A stretch of 64,000 nt of DNA from Isurus oxyrinchus (taxonomy: Eukaryota), in NCBI GenBank assembly GCA_026770705.1, contig JANJGN010000026.1:24490001-24554000 (forward strand), in the 5' to 3' direction. Below are positions 12,036 through 23,207 of the stretch, piece by piece. Under the pieces are notes generated by a model. That model was not told where the DNA came from. It ran no database searches and worked only from the letters and a program-made list of their open reading frames with translations. The position numbers and the translations under genes are program-made. Each line of letters begins with the position of its first letter. The stretch's first letter is position 1.

Positions 12036-14180
12036 TCACGACCTAAAGTTGTTGAATTCAATATTCAGTCCGGAAGGCTGTAAGGTGCCTAGTCGGAAGA
12101 TGAGGTGTTGTTCCTCCAGTTTGCGTTGGGCTTCACTGGAACAATGCAGCAAGCCAAGGACGGACATGTGGGCAAGAGAGCAGGGTGGAGTGTTAAAATG
12201 GCAAGCGACAGGGAGGTTTGGGTCATTCTTGCGGACAGACCGCAGGTGTTCTGCAAAGCGGTCGCCCAGTTTACGTTTGGTCTCTCCAATGTAGAGGAGA
12301 CCACATTGGGAGCAACGAATGCAGTAGACTAAGTTGGGGGAAATGCAAGTGAAATGCTGCTTCACTTGAAAGGAGTGTTTGGGCCCTTGGACGGTGAGGA
12401 GAGAGGAAGTGAAGGGACAGGTGTTACATCTTTTGCGTGGGCAAGGGGTGGTGCCATAGGAGGGGGTTGAGGAGTAGGGGGTGATGGAGGAGTGGACCAG
12501 GGTGTCCCGGAGGGAGCAATCCCTACGGAATGCCGATAAGGGGGGTGAAGGGAAGATGTGTTTGGTGGTGGCATCGTGCTGGAGTTGGCGGAAATGGCAG
12601 AGGATGATCCTTTGAATGCGGAGGCTGGTGGGGTGATAAGTGAGGACAAGGGGGACCCTATCATGTTTCTGGGAGGGAGGAGAAGGCGTGAGGGTGGATG
12701 CGCGGGAGATGGGCCGGACACGGTTGAGGGCCCTGTCAACGACCGTGGGTGGAAAACCTCAGTTAAGGAAGAAGGAGGACATGTCAGAGGAACCGTTTTT
12801 GAAGGTAGCATCATCAGAACAGATGCGACGAAGGCGAAGGAACTGGGAGAATGGGATGGAGTCCTTACAGGAAGTGGGGTGTGAGGAGCTGTAGTCGAGG
12901 TAGCTGTGGGAGTCGGTGGGTTTGTAATGGATATTGGTGGACAGTCTATCACCAGAGATTGAGACAGAGAGGTCAAGGAAGGGAAGGGAAGTGTCAGAGA
13001 TGGACCACGTGAAAATGATGGAGGGGTGGAGATTGGAAGCAAAATTAATAAATTTTTCCAAGTCCCGACGAGAGCATGAAGCGGCACCGAAGTAATCATC
13101 GATGTACTGGAGAAAAAGTTGTGGAAGGGGGCCAGAGTAGGACTGCAACAAGGAATGTTCCACATACCCCATAAAGAGACAGGCATAGCTGGGGCCCATG
13201 CGGGTACCCATAGCCACACCTTTTATTTGGAGGAAGTGAGAGGAGTTGAAGGAGAAATTGTTCAGCGTGAGAACAAGTTCAGCCAGACGGAGGAGAGTAG
13301 TGGTGGATGGGGATTGTTCGGGCCTCTGTTCGAGGAAGAAGCTAAGGGCCCTCAGACCATCCTGGTGGGGAATGGAGGTATAGAGGGATTGGATGTCCAT
13401 GGTGAAGAGGAAGCGGTTGGGGCCAGGGAACTGGAAATTGTTGATGTGACGTAAGGTGTCAGAGGAATCACGGATGTAGGTGGGAAGGGACTGGACAAGG
13501 GGAGAGAGAAGGGAGTCAAGATAACGAGAAATGAGTTCTGTGGGGCAGGAGCAAGCTGAGACGATCGGTCTACCGGGGCAGTTCTGTTTGTGGATTTTGG
13601 GTAGGAGATAGAAGCGGGCCGTCCGAGGTTGGGTGACTATCAGGTTGGAAGCTGTGGGAGGGAGATCCCCAGAGGAGATGAGGTCAGTGACAGTCCTGGA
13701 AACAATGGCTTGATGTTCAGTGGTGGGGTCATGGTCCAGGGAGAGGTAGGAGGAAGTGTCTGCGAGTTGACGCTCAGCCTCCGCGAGGTAGAGATCAGTG
13801 CGCCAGACAACAACAGCACCACTCTTGTCAGCGGGTTTGATGACAATGTCAGGGTTGGACCTGAGAGAATGGAGTGCAGTAAGTTCAGAGAGAGACAGGT
13901 TAGAATGGGTGAGTGGAGCAGAGAAATTGAGATGACTAATGCCGTGCCGACAGTTCTCAAAGAAAAGATCAAGAGAAGGTAAGAATCCAGAGAGAGGGGT
14001 CCATGTGGAGGGAGAATATTGGAGATGGGTAAAAGGATCCGTTGAACTGGGAGAGGACTCCTGCCCAAAGAAGTGAGCCCGGAGACGAAGATGGCAGAAG
14101 AAGAGTTCAGTATCATGCCGAGCCCGAAATTCATTGAGGTGAGGGCGTAAGGGTATGAAACTAAGTCCTTTGCTGAGCAC
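12036..14180 (-). pseudogene. PLE ORF: reverse transcriptase + GIY-YIG endonuclease in one frame with a single TGA at 12759-12761
   Basis: KPADKSGAVVV, RFYLLPKIHK..PGRPIVS, GVAMGTRMGP, YIDD; then YCIRCSQCGLLYIGETKRKLGDRFAEH. By my reading the frame is open from 12758 to 12036. Confidence 0.92.
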
Positions 14181-15215
14181 TGAACGTTCAGCATCAGAGA
14201 GGGGAAGGTCAGGGGGTATAGTGAATACACGGCTGGGGCTGGGATTGGAAGATGGGGTGGGGACGGAGGGACAGGCCGGGGTGGAGGGTCCTTTATCTTT
14301 GTCTTTATCTCTTGTCTTTATCTCTATTGTATTAGTAATACCTGTTATACCTATGTCAACACCCGGCAGGACATTATATAGAGTAGAAAATATTGGAGTT
14401 ATACGGGAGGATTATTGTATTAGGTATCATGTCATTCCAACATATGCAGTAGACATAGAAGTGAATATAGTTAGTACCACATTAGAAGAGTGTAGGATAG
14501 AGGCCACTGCAGTAGTATGCACACCCAATATATGAGACAGAAGAAGCTAAGTGGATTTAAAGCAGCAGCAAATTGTACAATGAAAACTGAAGAACCAGGC
14601 AATGGGAAATATTGTATCACCACGTGCCAGGAAAGAATCTAGTCTGGGAACAACTGGATATGCCCCAAGAGGTGAAGGAAAGCCTTAAGGATAACAAGAC
14701 ACAGTATTTGAACCAGTTGTCCTATGAAATTCCCTTATTACCTGAGCACCTAACCACGATTTGGAGACAGGTTCAGCAGATGTATAGAACTTACTATAAA
14801 CTGCAGCAACAGGTTAGAGCCTTAAAAGAGGATATCGAGCAAATAGGTTCCTCCACATGGTGGTGGTGGAACAGGGGCTCAAATGTACAAATGCACCTGT
14901 GGATTAGGATTATCTCCCATGCTCTAGTTATACTTCAACTGATAGTCATTATATATCTAACATACTTGATTCATCACACTCGGAAGTCACAAAAAGGTGG
15001 CGCTGGGGGAGTTTTAACTGGTGGAGAAGGAGTTTAGTAAGCCTGAGGCCTGAATTGAACGGCCAGATGACACAGGTGGTCTGACGTTTCCTTTTACAAC
15101 CCAAAGCTGGATGACTGACCAGCATCAATGGGCAGCGGTGAGTAAAGGGACAGACAGTGCCACTGTAGTTGGCTACCTTGGGCTAGGCCATGAGCCAAAA
15201 GGAGGGGGTGGGGGC

Positions 15216-15769
15216 TGTTAGGAGTAAGAAAGTAAATGAGAACTTATGGAAAGAGGGAATTCATTATAAGGGAATGAATTATTTAAATTAGAATCTAGAG
15301 GCAGCCAGCACAAGCCAGTAAATCAACAATTAAACAGTTAAACCAGATGAACCTTATGCACTCTCAAACTTTGTACACCCTCAGTGTTTGCAATCACCAG
15401 CAGGGTCCTGGGAAGTAGACTGTAGTCAGAGGATGGCAATAACATTGATTAAGTGTGTTCTTCAACAGATAGGGGAAGGACAGATGGTCCCAGCTGAGAC
15501 AGGAAGGCAGGTCTCTGCCTGGGTGAAAGTAAGGTTACCTTTGTACCACAGACTTGTCTGTTTAATGTAAACCTATATGTTGACAAGATCAGAATCTGGA
15601 GGATGTTCTTGTATGTGACCAATAGCGTATAAATATGATGAACACTTGTAGCTTAGCAGAAAACTTCTCAAGCTATATTAAGATGGCGCCCTCCATGCAA
15701 TTGTTCGAATAAATGATCGAAACCTGTACCTGCGTCTCTTGTAGTCCGTTTGTCAAAGTGACCACAACA
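15216..15769 (+). mobile_element. 3' LTR of provirus copy 1
   Basis: TGTT...AACA ends, TATAAAT near 15628, AATAAA 15708; clearly homologous to 48496-49061. Confidence 0.93.
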
Positions 15770-15988
15770 ATAGCTCATCCAAAAAATGGCACCACGAACA
15801 TAGCAGCGTTCCCTTCTTACTGGCAGTGGAAGTGTCAGCCTGGGTCATGTGTTCAGGTTTCCAGAGTGCGGCCTGAACACACATTTCTGACAGAGAAATA
15901 CAGTTGTGAGAAGGAAGTTACATTGATCCGCGGATAGCACTTACCCACAGCGGCGGGTTTCCTTGAGCTGGCAGTTCTACATCGCTGG

Positions 15989-16480
15989 GGTTTTTGTACA
16001 GCGACAGATGAGTTTTAAACTAATGTGTTGCTCAGTGCGCAGAAATATACGGCGGTGTCCTGGATTTCAGCTCGAATGATCATTAGAGGAAACTTCATTC
16101 CTTCGTTTGTCTGACCCGCGTCAAATTTGCTTTTAACAAAATATGCATCTTTTTTTCTGCTTCTATCTCGATACAAAATAAAACGCGGAGGCTGGTTCGT
16201 CTGCTGTCTGTACCAGTACAGATCTGGATTATCGTAACTTGTTGTGTAGTTACAGTCTATTTTCATACCACCTCCTTCAGCAATATACAGTGTAATCTGA
16301 GGTTGGGACACAGAATCTGCCTGAATCACACCTGAAATAAACCGTAACGAAAAGCTGAATGCAACACTGAGTTTAAAAGTCTATTAACATTACATTACTG
16401 CAAACGGATAAAATGATATGGCTGCACCTACCGAACACCAGCCACAATATAACCAAATGACGATGCGGCATGAGACTCAT
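15989..16480 (-). CDS. Apparently functional TCR alpha/delta V (leader 16480-16432, V exon 16331-16028, 23-RSS)
   Basis: MSLMPHRHLVILWLVFG|GT..AG, DSVSQP..IDCNY..LYWYRQ..DTAVYFCALS; CACATTA + 23 nt + ACAAAAACC. Confidence 0.92.
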
Positions 16481-16839
16481 TATATCCTCAGCAACAATCT
16501 CTTCGAATAGCAGATATATTTACTGTTGCAATCTGTTAAGTTAAGAAACAGTTCTCCAGCTAGCTATAACGGAGGAGAGTAGGGGGCCGGGGGCTGGAGG
16601 AAGTACCTCTTGTAATTCTTTTCCAATAAGACGTAGCGAATGAGTTACCTGGGTAATCGCATTTTGACACGAGTGCTGACTGGCCAGATATAGTTTCTCT
16701 ACTTCCTCTTACACCGTCTAATGGCATCACTCAGAATATCATTCAGTAGGTGGAAGGAGGAGGGGACAATGTTCGGCGGCTGGGGGGAGCTATTCTGGAT
16801 GGGATTTGTGTTCGGCAATTCGCCCCTCCCACCCCTCCT

Positions 16840-17335
16840 CTGATGGAATACTACCCCCTTGCCTGAATGAGTCCAGCTCCCAAAACAATAAAGAAGCTTG
16901 ACACCTTCCAGAACGAAGCAGGCCGCTTGATTGGCACCACATCTACAAACATTGACTCCCTCCAGCAGAGACGCACAGCAGCAGCAGTATGTGCCATCTG
17001 CAAGATGCACTGAAGAAGCTCATCAAGGCTCCTTAGGCAGCGCCTTCCAAAACCACGACCGCTACCATCTAGAAGAACAAGGGTAGCTGATAGATGGGAA
17101 CGCCACTACCTAAAGTTTCCCTCGAAGACGCTCACCATCCTGACTTGGAAATATATTGCTCTTCCTTCACTGTCGCTGGGTCAAAATCCTGGAACTCTCT
17201 CCCTAACAGCACTGTGGGTGCACCTAAACCACATGGATTGCAGCAGTTCAAGAAGGCACTCACCACCACTTTCTCAAGGGTAACTAGGGATGGACAATGA
17301 ATTCTGGCCCAGCCAGCATCTTGTAAAATTGAATA
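16840..17335 (+). mobile_element. LINE 3' fragment (second CR1/L2-like family)
   Basis: Homologous to 60050-60560 (EYSPLAWMS... and 3' tail). Confidence 0.8.
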
Positions 17336-17448
17336 AAATTACAATTTAGTGTTGTACAGGATAATACAAGAAAACAAATTATAATCTAACAGAAGAAAAC
17401 GGATCTGATGTGTGAAACATTGCTGTTAGAAATAGTGATCATCCTCAC

Positions 17449-17506
17449 ATGTGGGAGAGAATAAGGTATCCAAGAATATGTTCGCTAAAGTGAAGCTCAG
17501 ATTCAT
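17449..17506 (-). other. Orphan V leader exon (paralogue of 33741-33798)
   Basis: MNLSFTLANIFLDTLFSPT|GTGAGG, phase 1. Its V exon is at most a decayed remnant near 16.6-16.74 kb. Confidence 0.75.
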
Positions 17507-17622
17507 GTGTCGGATGCTATCGACTTGTATGTAATAACTATCGGAAGATTCAAACCAAGAGAGCCGCCTGGTGAAGGCATCGCTGTTGTGCATCAAACAG
17601 AACCCAACAGCAATTACACAGA

Positions 17623-17893
17623 TAAAAACAAAAAACTGCGGATGCTGGAAATCCAAAACAAAAACAGAATTACCTGGAAAAACTCAGCAGGTCTGGCAGC
17701 ATCGGCGGAGAAGGAAAGAGTTGATGTTTCGAATCCTCATGACCCTTGGACAGAACTAGGTGAATCCCAGGAATTAGCTGGGATTTTCCTAGTTCTGTCG
17801 AAGAGTCATGAGGACTCGAAAGGTCAACTCTTTTCTTCTCCGCCGATGCTGCCAGACCTGCTGAGTTTTTCCAGGTAATTCTGTTTTTGTTTT
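17623..17893. mobile_element. Palindromic (fold-back) PLE-end insertion with hammerhead-like motifs on both strands
   Basis: Inverted arms of about 110 bp matching 11549-11646; TSD AGCAAYTACAC; absent from the paralogous site near 33.89 kb. Confidence 0.88.
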
Positions 17894-18001
17894 AGCAACT
17901 ACACCGTGTCCGCCAGGCTCTTGGCCCTGGGACTCGTGATCACAAAGTGAATCTTTGAGAGAGCTTCAGCATTGATGGAGTGTGAGGGAGAGGGGTGCTC
18001 A

Positions 18002-18097
18002 TGCGTCAGAGTATCCGCTCGTGTGACGTAATTCTGCGGTCTGCGTGGCATCACCTTGTAAACTCTGTGACGACACCCGGCAGCCTGTGTGACGTCA
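18002..18097. promoter_or_regulatory. Phased CRE-like array in V promoter (22-bp period)
   Basis: TGCGTCA 18002, TGACGTAA 18024, TGGCATCA 18046, TGACGACA 18068, TGACGTCA 18090. Confidence 0.7.
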
Positions 18098-18459
18098 GGT
18101 AGACTGGTTTGAGGATCATAAACATCTGCCCCGGAGCTGAGCTGAATATCGAGCCCTGAGTTTAAGGTAAATAAACTTGATCAGAAACAGGAAAGACGGT
18201 TTAAACTGTAGACTCGTTTGAAAATGTATCTGTCGGTCGGTTCGGAATTTGCACTTTGTTTTCTCGGCCGCTGCAGTTGTTGACAGTCTGAACCGAGGTG
18301 AATGTGGTTTCCTCTCGGTTTGTGTTTGAACGGCTGACAGCGCCGCTGAACATTCTGGCTGCACCCGCCCGAGATTCGATACAAACCCGAGCAGGCAGGA
18401 GCTCCCAGACACAGCCCAGAGTGCGGGGAGTGAGACTGAATTTCATCATTAACTCCGGC

Positions 18460-18725
18460 TGTAAGCCCTGCTTCAGACCAGCTCTCCCGAGTCCACTTTC
18501 TCCGCTGAGAGAGAGAGGTGCGGCTGCTTGAACGGTGCTGCTGCTATGTTTTTGCCTCACTAATAACTTGAAAACATGTGTGAGACTGTCACCGTAAATA
18601 CAGCCCGAACGGGACCAGCCAGTGCCAGAATAAAACACAGTTCGCCCCAAGTAATATCATAGACGATACTTCCGTCCAAGCACTTACGGACAGTAGCTGA
18701 ATGATAAAATCTCCATGACTCAGAT
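18460..18725 (-). pseudogene. Heavily decayed V (family of V at 2.7 kb)
   Basis: cag|ATCTGAGTCATGGAGAT start; paralogous to 34433-34716. Confidence 0.65.
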
Positions 18726-19686
18726 CTGATATTCATGCGCAAACAGGGAACTATCTGACCGGAGGCTGTTTAACGTTCGGACTGAAACCTTGAATAGGAA
18801 ATGTGTTTGTTCCATAATTACCTGTCCGAAATGCCTCACCCATCCCACTCCCCACACCCCATCCACCCACCCCCACTCCACCGCCCCCGATTTCAACCCA
18901 GATGCTGGGTGGCTGCATTGTCTCTGTCCGCCCTGTGAATGGAAATTGAGATTAGAAGAAATTCGTTTTAATCTGCATCATCAAGAACCTTCTGAGGTGT
19001 CTCAGGATCCTCTCACCTTATTTCATTGCCTCTCCAGTGATGCTTTAAGACGTGTAGGTGGGAACCGGCTGTCAGCGAATGGAAACAACCCGAGCTGGAC
19101 TATAGTCAGTGTCCTTATAAGAGGAATGGTTACGTAGTTAGGGACAGGGGTGGGACTGGATTCCTTATTAAAAAGCAGAAGTACTGGTTTGTTAATGGTG
19201 TCGGAAAACATTTAACAGGCACTCGAAAGGAGAATGAACATTGAGGGAACTCTGTGCTCGGGGCTTGTTTTAAAGAGTGCAAACACAACCTGGTGAAATG
19301 CCTTCATTTTCTACAAACTGTTTCTGAACCAGCAAAATACTCTGTTCAAATAGACACTATGTGCATGCTTTGACAAACTGACGTGGAAGGAAAGATTGGG
19401 GATGGGGAAAGGGCTATATAAGAGTTCAGATAGGCAAGGAAAGTTCACCATAAAGCTAAATATGAGTTAATGCAATACAGATTTATTTGTGGAATTCATT
19501 TTTAGCATAGTTGCAAGTCAAAGTCAACTAGCATAATTGCTCAATTGCTGCTGACCCGTTCTTCTTCGGCGTTGTTTTTGTTTTGATATTTCATTAAAGA
19601 CTCTGTGAACCTCATAGGCTGTTATTACTTCCGTTTATCGGTGTGAGAGCGCCCTCTGCTGTGCACAAACTGGAACTCCCAGTGAC

Positions 19687-20161
19687 GGTTTTTGTACGGG
19701 ATCCACTCTATCTCTGCAGCAGTTTGGCGTCCATGGCACAGAAATACACGGCGCTGTCGGAGAGAAGACTCCCGGTGACATTTAAAGGAACCGTTTTGCT
19801 TCCTTTGTGCAACACAGCTGAGAACCTGTCTGGGAAACCTGGAGACTTCTCTGCATCTCCCAAGCTATATATCCTCATTAAATATCTCGGACCTTCTCCG
19901 GGGTACTGGATGTACCAGAACAGAGTTGGGGCATAAGTTGTCGAGTAATTACAGTCCAGTGTTATGCTCTGTCCTTCCAGAACCGTTAATTCAGGGGGAT
20001 CCTGGGACACTGAATCTTTACCATTTGTTCCTGCAACAAAACACAGAATGTATCAAATATCTGGGAGTGAAGATAACACAAGGAACAGACACTGGCCGTT
20101 TAAACATTGACTCACCAGGCAGCAAGACAATTATTAGCAGTAAGGAACACGGGGAGCACAT
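19687..20161 (-). CDS. TCR alpha/delta V with intact ORF but mutated heptamer (CAAACTG) and 24-nt spacer
   Basis: Leader MCSPCSLLLIIVLLPG 20161-20116; exon from 20030 DSVSQDP..LDCNY..LFWYIQYP..DSAVYFCAMD; nonamer ACAAAAACC. Confidence 0.9.
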
Positions 20162-20959
20162 GGTGACAGGATTAGAGTTTGGAAGAAATAAGATAAGATA
20201 AAATATGTTGATATTCCTGTTCTGATATTAAAGTGGAAATTCAGATCGGGGCAGGCTTCACTTATTGAGAAACTGAGGGGCGTTTCCCAGTTACAGGATT
20301 GGCTGGTCGCTCAGAACTTATGACAGTTGGGCACCAAACAGTGATAGCTCTGGACCAGTTATTCCTTCTGACTTTCTCTTCCTCCCTGTCTTTCTCGGTT
20401 TCACTGGATCTCTCTTGGTCCCAGGATATCTCGGTCTCGTTTTGTATTTCGGTCTCTGTGGCTCTATCTCCCCTTTTGCTTATTCTGATCATCCCTCACA
20501 AGCGCTTTCTCTGCCTCTTTCTCATTTTCCCGATTTTCCTAAGTTCAAAGCGCAGAAAATCCAATTTACCCCAGTCTCCCATTTCGATGAGCTCAGGAAA
20601 GTGCTCGATTAATAGGAGCATCTGCAATAGATCAGTTATTTAATCGCAGCTCGAAGGCAGCATGTAAATGGAAACAATTATATTTAATTCCCAAGTATGA
20701 CAGGCGTCCTATTTACATCCTTCATCTGTGTTGATATTTGAGACTTGGCATCCCATTGGAATCTTCGTTGTTTCATATTGTTAACACAAGCTTCTTTGAA
20801 TCAGTAATCGCTGAGATATTCAAATAAACAAGGGAACCGCCAGGATTTAAAGTAAAGTTTGAATTAGCCCCTGTGTATAAGTTCATCTGCACTAAAATAC
20901 AGTATAAGAAGAAGAAGAACTCGAGAAATGCGACATAATCATGCCCTGGGTAGGAAATG

Positions 20960-21052
20960 GCATCAGACACTGCGAATGTCAGACACTGTGGTCTATTACT
21001 GTGCACAAAACCTCACAATGACTGGAATGAATGAAAGCCCCTTAGAATAACT
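20960..21052 (+). pseudogene. V 3'-end relic with 23-RSS
   Basis: SDTVVYYCAQN then CACAATG (21014-21020) + 23 nt + AGAATAACT. Confidence 0.75.
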
Positions 21053-21204
21053 GTCGCAGGTTTCTGGGTCACAGTTGCTGTCTGCTGTTTATAATACCGG
21101 GTGAGACACTGTCATATGAATTAATTCCTGTGCGCGCAAATCTGACCACAATCCACACAAACACCATCTAAAATCCTTCACATTGAATACTGACTCCGTC
21201 TGAT

Positions 21205-21420
21205 TGTTACATTAGCAAAGTCAGCCTTGAATATACTGAACGACACAGCGTCTACGACACTTTGCGGTAAAGAATTCCAAAGATTGACTACCCTCTGAGA
21301 GAAGAAATCCCTCCTCATCTCTGTTTTAAATAGGGAGCCCCTTACTCTGAGTTTATGCCCTCTAGTCCTCGACTCTCTCACAAAGGGAAACGATCTCTCA
21401 GCATCTACCCTGTCAAGCAT
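21205..21420 (-). mobile_element. CR1 LINE fragment
   Basis: DRVDAERSFP..RTRGHKLRV..FFSQRVVNLWNSLP. Confidence 0.85.
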
Positions 21421-22862
21421 CCAGCAGAATGGACATGATGGACTTAAATACCCGAGATGACAGAATATAAACCATACGGTTGGTGGAACTTAATCCGGAG
21501 GAACGTAAAGTGCAAGGGATGTTCACGTTGACAGGGTGTATTGATTTAACATTTCTTATCACAGTTTGTTTAATTATGGGATTCATCAGCACAGCACAGC
21601 ACAGCGGTCGGACATTTGTGAGAAAATTACTTCATTCCGATTCCCACTTTGCTAACAGCCAACCGCACTGGGAGCTGCATCACCCCATCTTTACCGGTCA
21701 CTTCAGTGTAGATCAGAATGGATAAGAGCAAACAGACTCTGTAAATCCAGAGCACTATCAGATAACATAATATGCCGGCTGAAGCAATTGTCCATGGAGA
21801 TCGGGTTCGGACAAGGGGATGGATATTAAGATTCAACAAGGAGACAAATGCCCGCTTCAGATCAGCTTCAGAGGCGTCTTGCTGCCGAACTAACGAAAGA
21901 AGCTGATTCCTTTGGTCTACCCTCTTCAGGATTCACACTAGCACTGAATCACATTGACTCTAAGCTCACGCCTGACCACCTACATTCATTACTTCACAGT
22001 GACACCGGTTCACACTGTTTCTGAGCTAACACATGGCCGCCCACATTGGTTCACACTGTTCAATGGCGGTGCGTGCTGGTAATTGCAAGCTGCAATTATT
22101 CATGAGATTTCCAGCCAAGCTGCAGTTCAAATGATAGTTGCAAGTGAAAACTGCTATTCCTCTCTGATATAGGCCCTTTAACCGTGGAGTCTCTACATAG
22201 CGATTTCAACTGTACCATCCAATGATTTCATTATATTTTCCTCCCACATCTTGGCTGAAGCGTAATTGTACACTGATCATTATCAGTGTGACAAAAGGAA
22301 TACTTTGATATTGATCCTAAAATCTCGTTATAGTTTAAAACAGTGTGCTTCCCCACATGGACGCAATGCCAGTTGTTTTATGAATATTTGCAACCTACCG
22401 CTAATAATAGCAACACTGACAACTCATAACACTAAATTACGCGGGACAATATAAAATTCCTGTCAGTGTTATAATAATTCTTTGTTTCCACATCTGTTCC
22501 TTTAATCACTTATTCTTCTTTAAAATTACTGAACACGTTTGAGAGTCTGGAACTCGCCCAAACACTGAACACAATATAGACTCTCATTGCCCTCTGGTGG
22601 CGGTGCCATGGAACTGTAAGATACAGCTTTCCAGCACTTGTTAGCTTTCCGAACTCCAGATTCCTTTCGACAGTTTAAAGCCTAACCTCCAAGTACTTTT
22701 TTTTTATGTTTCCTCTTTGCATTTTTTGGACGGTACCTGCTGCTAATAGATCTGCTTTTTATAATTGCGCCTTCATCAGGACAACCATTTCTTTATTTTC
22801 TTGTCCAATTCTCACAGCTCTTCTCACGGGACACGATCCCCTATACACTTTCTTGTGTGTGG

Positions 22863-23207
22863 ATCTGAGTCATAGAGATTCTATCACTCAGCCGCTGTCT
22901 TCAGGTGTTTAGACAGAAGGAGAAGCGGTGACTTTAAACTTTACCTCTGATACTGCATGGAGCGGCATCTCGAATTTTTATGCGTCAACAGCCTGAAACG
23001 CAGATAGAGATTATGCTTATTAAATACCCAAACGGCTCTGAGGATAGAGCGGATTTTGCCAAAAAGACTTTTTTTCTAGGAATGTCGACAGTTTGACAAA
23101 ATTTACACTTTAACAATCGCTGGGCTGCAGCGGAGCGACACCTCGGTTCAGTTCTGCTCCCTGAGACTCACGGTGATAATAACAGCTCAATCCTCGCACT
23201 GAAACTC
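22863..23207 (+). pseudogene. V pseudogene (family of V at 2.7 kb) with 23-RSS
   Basis: LSHRDSITQPLSSGV*TEGEAVTL..., frameshifts; CACGGTG 23169-23175 + 23 nt + CTGAAACTC; acceptor GG. Confidence 0.85.

Larger units (their letters stand above)
11549..14325 (-). mobile_element. Penelope-like retroelement (5'-truncated, young) with 15-bp TSD
   Basis: TSD ATTGTATTAGTAATA at 11534-11548 and 14326-14340; encodes RT plus GIY-YIG. Confidence 0.93.
10580..15037 (+). pseudogene. env: env (class I fusion protein), frameshifted and split by a Penelope-like element
   Basis: Furin-like RIKH|SLINDAATIF; heptad segment; GIVLVI rejoins IVLVIPVIPMSTPGRTLYRVENIGV across the insertion; Cys-rich block; HR2 (YKLQQQVRALKEDIEQI), WWWW and TM (IISHALVILQLIVIIYLTYL) just before PPT/LTR. 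Confidence 0.8.
7162..15769 (+). mobile_element. Internally deleted env-bearing provirus (ERV/LTR element), copy 1
   Basis: Starts TGTTAGGA (first 8 nt of the LTR) fused to gag; then IN C-terminus, env, PPT 15197-15214 and LTR ending CAACA. Imperfect 5-bp TSD ATAGA/ATAGC. Confidence 0.85.

Noticed and set aside
12362-14230. Long overlapping ORFs (285 aa, 196 aa and plus-strand ORFs)
   Set aside because: Alternative frames of the C-rich PLE ORF.
21995-22033. CACAGTG + 23 nt + GCTAACACA as a V RSS
   Set aside because: Poor nonamer and no recognisable YYC upstream.
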